DNA from: Actinomycetales bacterium
GTDB lineage: Bacteria > Actinomycetota > Actinomycetes > Actinomycetales > CAVURS01
Direction: 5' to 3'
NCBI GenBank assembly: GCA_045807245.1
Contig: JBJMHS010000027.1
Location: 107,356-127,355, forward strand
Length of the DNA: 20,000 nucleotides
Shown: positions 16,130 through 20,000 of the stretch, one piece after another
Position numbering within the stretch: the first letter of the stretch is position 1
Layout: each line of letters begins with the position of its first letter
Notes under the pieces: generated by a model
What the model saw: only the letters and a program-made list of their open reading frames with translations
Told to the model about the DNA's origin: nothing
Database searches by the model: none
Made by a program: the position numbers and the translations under genes

Positions 16130-16213
16130 GCGCGAGTGGCGGAATAGGCAGACGCGCACGGTTCAGGTCCGTGTGCCCGAAAGGGTGTGGGGGTTCAACT
16201 CCCCCCTCGCGCA
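16130..16213 (+). tRNA. tRNA-Leu (anticodon CAG)
   Basis: Acceptor stem GCGCGAG/CTCGCGC, D-arm TGGCGGAATAGGCAGACGC, anticodon arm CACGG-TTCAGGT-CCGTG (CAG 16164-16166), long variable arm GCCCGAAAGGGT, T-arm GGGGGTTCAACTCCCCC. Discriminator A is followed by CCCA, so CCA is not cleanly encoded. Confidence 0.97.
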
Positions 16214-16223
16214 CCCATAGTGC

Positions 16224-16257
16224 AAGGGTGAACCTGCAGGTCAGGCGCTCACCCTTT
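16224..16257 (+). terminator. Hairpin downstream of the tRNA, probable terminator
   Basis: AAGGGTGA (16224-16231) pairs with TCACCCTT (16249-16256), ending in a short T run. Confidence 0.55.
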
Positions 16258-16289
16258 GGCCGTTCTCGGGCTCCTGGTAGTTCCGCCGA

Positions 16290-16352
16290 CGGACAGGCAC
16301 AACCGGCGTTCGCTGGCCCAATCGAGCCTCGATTCCCAGTTGTGCCTGTCCG
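16290..16352. repeat. Nested inverted repeat (REP-like or terminator)
   Basis: Perfect 14-bp stem CGGACAGGCACAAC (16290-16303) / GTTGTGCCTGTCCG (16339-16352) enclosing AATCGAG-C-CTCGATT (16320-16334). Confidence 0.7.
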
Positions 16353-16393
16353 CCCGCTGCGTGGGGTTGGTCCGGCTGGCCGCGCTGACGCGG

Positions 16394-17266
16394 TCAGGCG
16401 GGCCGGCGGGCGCTGGCCAGCACCGCGAGGCCAGGCAGGGCCAGACCGTCGTCGGTGACGAACGGCGTCGCCAGCTCCATCGCGGGAGCGTTGATCCGGT
16501 CCATGACCTCACCCGGCACGGTCCGGGCCAGGGCAGCGATCGGCCCGGACAGGGACGCTGCGCGGTTCACCCAGTCCTGCAGCGACGGCGGCCGCATCGG
16601 CGCGGCCATCTCCTCGAGCCGGACCTCTGTGAAGCCGGCCCCGCGCAGCAAGCCGCTCAGCTCGGCCCGGTCGGCCAACGAGAACGGTCCACGGGCTCCG
16701 GGCGGCGCGACCGGTCGGCCGAGCACCTCGGTCGCGGCCCGCATGATGAGGCCGAGCCATGGGTTCTCCTGCGGCGTACCCCACACAGCGACGGCCAGGC
16801 GGCCCCCCGGCTTGAGCACGTGGAACATCCCGCCGAACGCCCGGTGTGGGTCGGCGGCGAACTGGACACCGTCGCGGGAGAGCACCGCGTCGTACTGCTC
16901 CCCCGGCTCGGCGTCGAGGTCGCTCGCGTCGACCACGTCGCCGTGCGCCCAGGTCAGACCCCGAGCCGCCGCCTGCCCGGCCGCGATCCTGGCCATCTCG
17001 GGCGACACGTCGGACAGCACCACCCGGCCGGTGGGCCCGACCCGCTCGGCCGCCGCCAGTCCCGCGCCGCCCGGGCCGCACCCGACGTCGAGCACCTCAT
17101 CACCGCTGGCGACCTCGGCCGCGGCCAGCATCCATGACGTGAGTCGCCCCGCCCGGTGCTCGACGAACGCCGCACCGCGCTCCCACGCGGGCCCCACCGC
17201 ATCCCACATCTGCGCCGGAGTCAGCGCCGACGTGTCCTGCCTGCCGGTTCCCTCGGTCGTCGTCAT
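16394..17266 (-). CDS. Class I SAM-dependent methyltransferase (UbiE-like)
   Basis: VLDVGCGPG motif I, VVLSDVSPEM, YDAV and VLKPGGRLAVAVW motifs. GGAGG RBS before ATG 17266. Confidence 0.9.
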   Translation of the reverse strand: MTTTEGTGRQDTSALTPAQMWDAVGPAWERGAAFVEHRAGRLTSWMLAAAEVASGDEVLDVGCGPGGAGLAAAERVGPTGRVVLSDVSPEMARIAAGQAAARGLTWAHGDVVDASDLDAEPGEQYDAVLSRDGVQFAADPHRAFGGMFHVLKPGGRLAVAVWGTPQENPWLGLIMRAATEVLGRPVAPPGARGPFSLADRAELSGLLRGAGFTEVRLEEMAAPMRPPSLQDWVNRAASLSGPIAALARTVPGEVMDRINAPAMELATPFVTDDGLALPGLAVLASARRPA

Positions 17267-17286
17267 CTGTCCGCCTCCCAATTAGT

Positions 17287-17321
17287 TACTCGTTATGAGT
17301 ATTGAATACTCAGGTAGAGTA
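17287..17321. promoter_or_regulatory. Probable TetR operator: two TACTC-N5-GAGTA sites forming a larger dyad, overlapping the tetR -10 (TAGAGT)
   Basis: TACTCgttatGAGTA (17287-17301) and TACTCaggtaGAGTA (17307-17321). Central perfect palindrome TGAGTATT-G-AATACTCA (17296-17312). Confidence 0.75.
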
Positions 17322-17326
17322 GCCAA

Positions 17327-17992
17327 ATGCCATCGGGTGTCAACCACGAGTCGGCAGGCAGGACGCGGGCGTACGACTCCAGCCGCCGGCGGGCCCAGGC
17401 GGCGAACAGCCGGCGCGGCATCCTGGCGGCGGCGCAGCGGCTCTTCTCCGAGCAGGGCTACGCGGCGACGACCATGGCCGAGATCGCACGAGCCGCCGGG
17501 GTCTCGCTGAAGACCGTGTACCTCGCGTTCGAGACCAAGGGCGGGCTGATCCGCGCACTGTGGGACCTCGCGTTGAGGGGTGAGCCGGACATCGCCGTCG
17601 CCGAGCAGCCCTGGTACCGCGCAGTCCTCGACGAGCCCGATCCCGAGCGCAAGCTGCGCATCACCGCGGCCAACTCACGGGCGGTCAAGGCACGGATCGG
17701 CGGCGTGCTGGCAGTGATCCGCGGCTCGGCGCCGGCCGACCCCGACCTGGCCGCACTCTGGTCGCTGATCCAGGCCGACTTCCACGCGAACCAGCGGGTC
17801 ATCGTCCAGCAGCTGTACGACGCGGGCGCGCTGCGCCCGGACCTGACCGTCGAGCAGGCGACCGACATCCTGTGGACGTTGAACCACCCGGACGTGTGGC
17901 TGCTCCTCGTCGGCGCCAGGGGCTGGACGCCGGAGGAGTGGGAGACCTGGTTCGGTGACTCGGCGTGTGGCCAGCTGCTCAAAAAGTCCTAG
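17327..17992 (+). CDS. TetR/AcrR family transcriptional regulator
   Basis: RAYDSSRR leader, ILAAAQRLFSEQGYAATTMAEIARAAGVSLKTVYLAFETKGGL helix-turn-helix. Likely leaderless (TAGAGT 6 nt before ATG). Confidence 0.92.
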   Translation: MPSGVNHESAGRTRAYDSSRRRAQAANSRRGILAAAQRLFSEQGYAATTMAEIARAAGVSLKTVYLAFETKGGLIRALWDLALRGEPDIAVAEQPWYRAVLDEPDPERKLRITAANSRAVKARIGGVLAVIRGSAPADPDLAALWSLIQADFHANQRVIVQQLYDAGALRPDLTVEQATDILWTLNHPDVWLLLVGARGWTPEEWETWFGDSACGQLLKKS

Positions 17993-18094
17993 GCCGCTAA
18001 GGCACTGCGGATGGTCACTTCTGGCTACCCTCGATTACAGGGGGCTACGTGAAAAGGGTTGTACGAACACATGGCAGCGGTCCTCGGAGGACAT

Positions 18095-18754
18095 GTGATC
18101 GAGCAGAGGGCCCCGGCACGGGTGATGGTGGCCGTCCAGCAACGGATGCTCGCCGAGGTGGTGGCCCACCGCCTGGCGAGTGAGGACGACGTCGACGTCG
18201 TGGACACGGTGTGGGACGCCGACCGGGTCGTCCATTCGGTGGGTCGGCTGCACCCCGACGTCGTACTCCTGGACCTGAGGCTCGTCGACGGCGAGGTCTC
18301 GACCTTCTGCCGGGAGATCCACCGGGCCGATCCCCGGGCGCGACTGGCGATCCTCACCGGCGCCGCCGGGGACCGGCAGGTCATGGAGGCGGTCGAGTCC
18401 GGCTGCTCGTCGTTCGCCACCCTGGACAAGTCGGACGAGGAGCTGGTGAGCGCCGTCCGCGCTGCGTCGACCGGTGAGGCGCACCTGCACCCCGAGCTGG
18501 TGGCCGGACTGGTGCAGCGGCTCGACCGCACCCAGCGGCACGCTTCGGACGACCTGACCACGCGTGAGCTCGAGGTGCTCAACCTGCTCGCATCCGGGCT
18601 CGGCAACGCGGCTCTGGCCGACAAGCTCGGCGTCAGCATCAACACGGTGCGGCATCACGTGCAGAGCATCCTGAACAAGCTCGGCGTTCACACGAAGCTG
18701 CAGGCCGTCACGACTGCGATGCGAGAGGGCCTCATCTCCGCCGAATCCCTTTAG
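18095..18754 (+). CDS. NarL/LuxR-family response regulator with degenerate receiver domain
   Basis: PDVVLLDLRL receiver motif; LTTRELEVLNLLASG...SINTVRHHVQSILNKLGV LuxR HTH. GGAGG RBS before GTG 18095 (alternative starts 18059/18071). Confidence 0.88.
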   Translation: MIEQRAPARVMVAVQQRMLAEVVAHRLASEDDVDVVDTVWDADRVVHSVGRLHPDVVLLDLRLVDGEVSTFCREIHRADPRARLAILTGAAGDRQVMEAVESGCSSFATLDKSDEELVSAVRAASTGEAHLHPELVAGLVQRLDRTQRHASDDLTTRELEVLNLLASGLGNAALADKLGVSINTVRHHVQSILNKLGVHTKLQAVTTAMREGLISAESL

Positions 18755-18798
18755 CAACAACCGATCCGGGTGGTTCGATGGGCGTCGCTAGCGACGGA

Positions 18799-19617
18799 TC
18801 AGCAGGTGACGACGAGCCGGAAGTTCACGTTCGCGGGATTGCCACCAGCGTCGGCCATGTCGACGACGACATCCGTCGGGTCACCGATATTGAAGGTGGC
18901 GTCGACCTGGTCGCCGCGGTCCACCGGGGTCACGGTGGGGGTGCACAGGCTGACGTCACGGTCGAAGGTCACGACGGCCTGGCCGGTTGCCTGCAGGCGG
19001 ACGCCCGACGCGCGTGAGCCAGCCACGATGCTCGCGGGCCCGAACGCGACCTGGGCCCAGAGCGGCGGGACGTAGTAGCCGGTGACGTCGACGACGACGT
19101 GGGTGCTGCGGGACGCCTTCACAGCGAAGGTCGTGCCGCCGTCCCTGTCCAGGGTGATCACGCCACCGTTGGCGATGGCCTTGCCGTCGCGGAAGTTCAG
19201 CCACGAGGCGAGCGGTGCTGCAGTGCCGCCGGGATAGACGGTCAGATAGCCCGAACTCGCTGCGCCGACCGCGACGACGTTGGCCTGCACGGCCGTAGCT
19301 GCCACGGCAACGTCGCATCCGCTGGCACTCCCACCTTGGATGGCGAGGCTGACGTCGCCGCCGGCCACGAAGGTGCGTGGTGAGCGGGCGCTGACGATCC
19401 CATCCATCGCCTTGCGAGTGTCGACGATGCGGCATGGGGTGATCGGCACGAACGAGTTCTCTGGCCCGCTGGGCGCCTCGGAAGCGGCTCGAGCCTGCAC
19501 CGTCGCCCCGGCCGGGGTGGGCCTCGGCCGAGGGCTCGAGGCAGTGGCGGTGACGTTGCCGCCGACGACGACCGCGGCCGCCAGGACGGCGACGGACATG
19601 ACAGAACCGACCTGCAT
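18799..19617 (-). CDS. Secreted hypothetical protein
   Basis: Signal-peptide-like N-terminus (AVLAAAVVVGGNVTATAS), Pro/Ala linker, then a beta-rich module FVPITPCRIVDTR...GYLTVYP...SWLNF...AN...THVVVDVTGYY. GGGGA RBS. Confidence 0.8.
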   Translation of the reverse strand: MQVGSVMSVAVLAAAVVVGGNVTATASSPRPRPTPAGATVQARAASEAPSGPENSFVPITPCRIVDTRKAMDGIVSARSPRTFVAGGDVSLAIQGGSASGCDVAVAATAVQANVVAVGAASSGYLTVYPGGTAAPLASWLNFRDGKAIANGGVITLDRDGGTTFAVKASRSTHVVVDVTGYYVPPLWAQVAFGPASIVAGSRASGVRLQATGQAVVTFDRDVSLCTPTVTPVDRGDQVDATFNIGDPTDVVVDMADAGGNPANVNFRLVVTC

Positions 19618-19682
19618 GGTGTTCCCCTGACTCTCGATGCGGCTGGGTGCCCGGACGGCGCGACAGCCACGGCCAGACTACT

Positions 19683-19730
19683 GCGGATTAGTACGGCGGA
19701 TCAGTACGGCGGATCAGTACGGCGGATCAG
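19683..19730. repeat. Tandem repeat, about 3.7 x 13 bp GCGGATCAGTACG
   Basis: Copies at 19683-19695 (one C>T), 19696-19708, 19709-19721 and a partial copy at 19722-19730. Confidence 0.9.
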
Positions 19731-20000
19731 ATCAGCGCGGCGACGCCTCGCTTGGCCATCTGGTCGGCGACGATGACCCGCTGGATCTCGCTCGCGCCCT
19801 CCCAGATCCGCTCCACGCGCAGCTCGCGGGTGAAGCGTTCGGCGACGTTCTCGCGCATGTAGCCGCGTCCGCCGAAGATCTGCACGGCGCGGTCGGCGAC
19901 CCGACCGGCCATCTCCGAGGCGTAGAGCTTGGCCATCGAGCACTGGGCATGGGCCACCTTGCGGTCGACGCCCTCGTCGATGGCCCGGGCCACGGCGTAC
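19727..20000 (-). CDS. Acyl-CoA dehydrogenase, C-terminal part (5' end outside window)
   Basis: SMAKLYASE, ADRAVQIFGGRGY and RIWEGASEIQR motifs. Confidence 0.92.
   Translation of the reverse strand, partial: YAVARAIDEGVDRKVAHAQCSMAKLYASEMAGRVADRAVQIFGGRGYMRENVAERFTRELRVERIWEGASEIQRVIVADQMAKRGVAALI

Noticed and set aside
1945..16214. Long upstream extensions in the ORF track (starts at 3033, 2287, 6405, 7432, 11866, 13245, 16214)
   Set aside because: They overlap neighbouring genes or the tRNA. Family N-termini, RBS positions and stop/start overlaps support the shorter starts reported.
19683..19730. Short repeat arrays (here and at 8145-8180) as possible CRISPR arrays
   Set aside because: Units are 12-13 bp, directly adjacent, with no spacers and no cas genes.
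16130..20000. Genomic island or prophage integrated at tRNA-Leu
   Set aside because: No integrase, no duplicated tRNA 3' end and no mobile genes within the window. The downstream genes look accessory, but an island cannot be supported.

Overview
High-GC actinobacterial chromosome segment. It carries the conserved cell-division/envelope cluster usually found near oriC: ppiA, a rhomboid protease, crgA, DUF881, class E sortase, a small membrane protein, trpG/pabA, and on the minus strand fhaA-fhaB-pstP-rodA-pbpA-pknB, followed by tRNA-Leu(CAG). Accessory genes flank it: an MFS transporter, a GyrI-like protein and a DUF2277-like protein on the left; a SAM methyltransferase/TetR pair, an atypical LuxR-type regulator, a secreted protein and an acyl-CoA dehydrogenase 3' end on the right. 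No mobile element, CRISPR array or rRNA was seen. Five observations stand out. (1) A GH3 glycosidase gene follows crgA exactly in frame, and its intact lipoprotein signal peptide has no canonical start codon, suggesting readthrough or non-canonical initiation. (2) pknA is absent and a 28-codon mini-ORF overlaps both the pbpA stop and the pknB start. (3) There is a cluster of three DnaA-like boxes, plus a perfect DnaA box on the putative fhaA promoter. (4) Two unrelated tandem repeats share a CCGCCGTAC core. (5) A doubled TetR operator lies between the methyltransferase and tetR genes. All family assignments come from motif recognition by eye, not from database searches.
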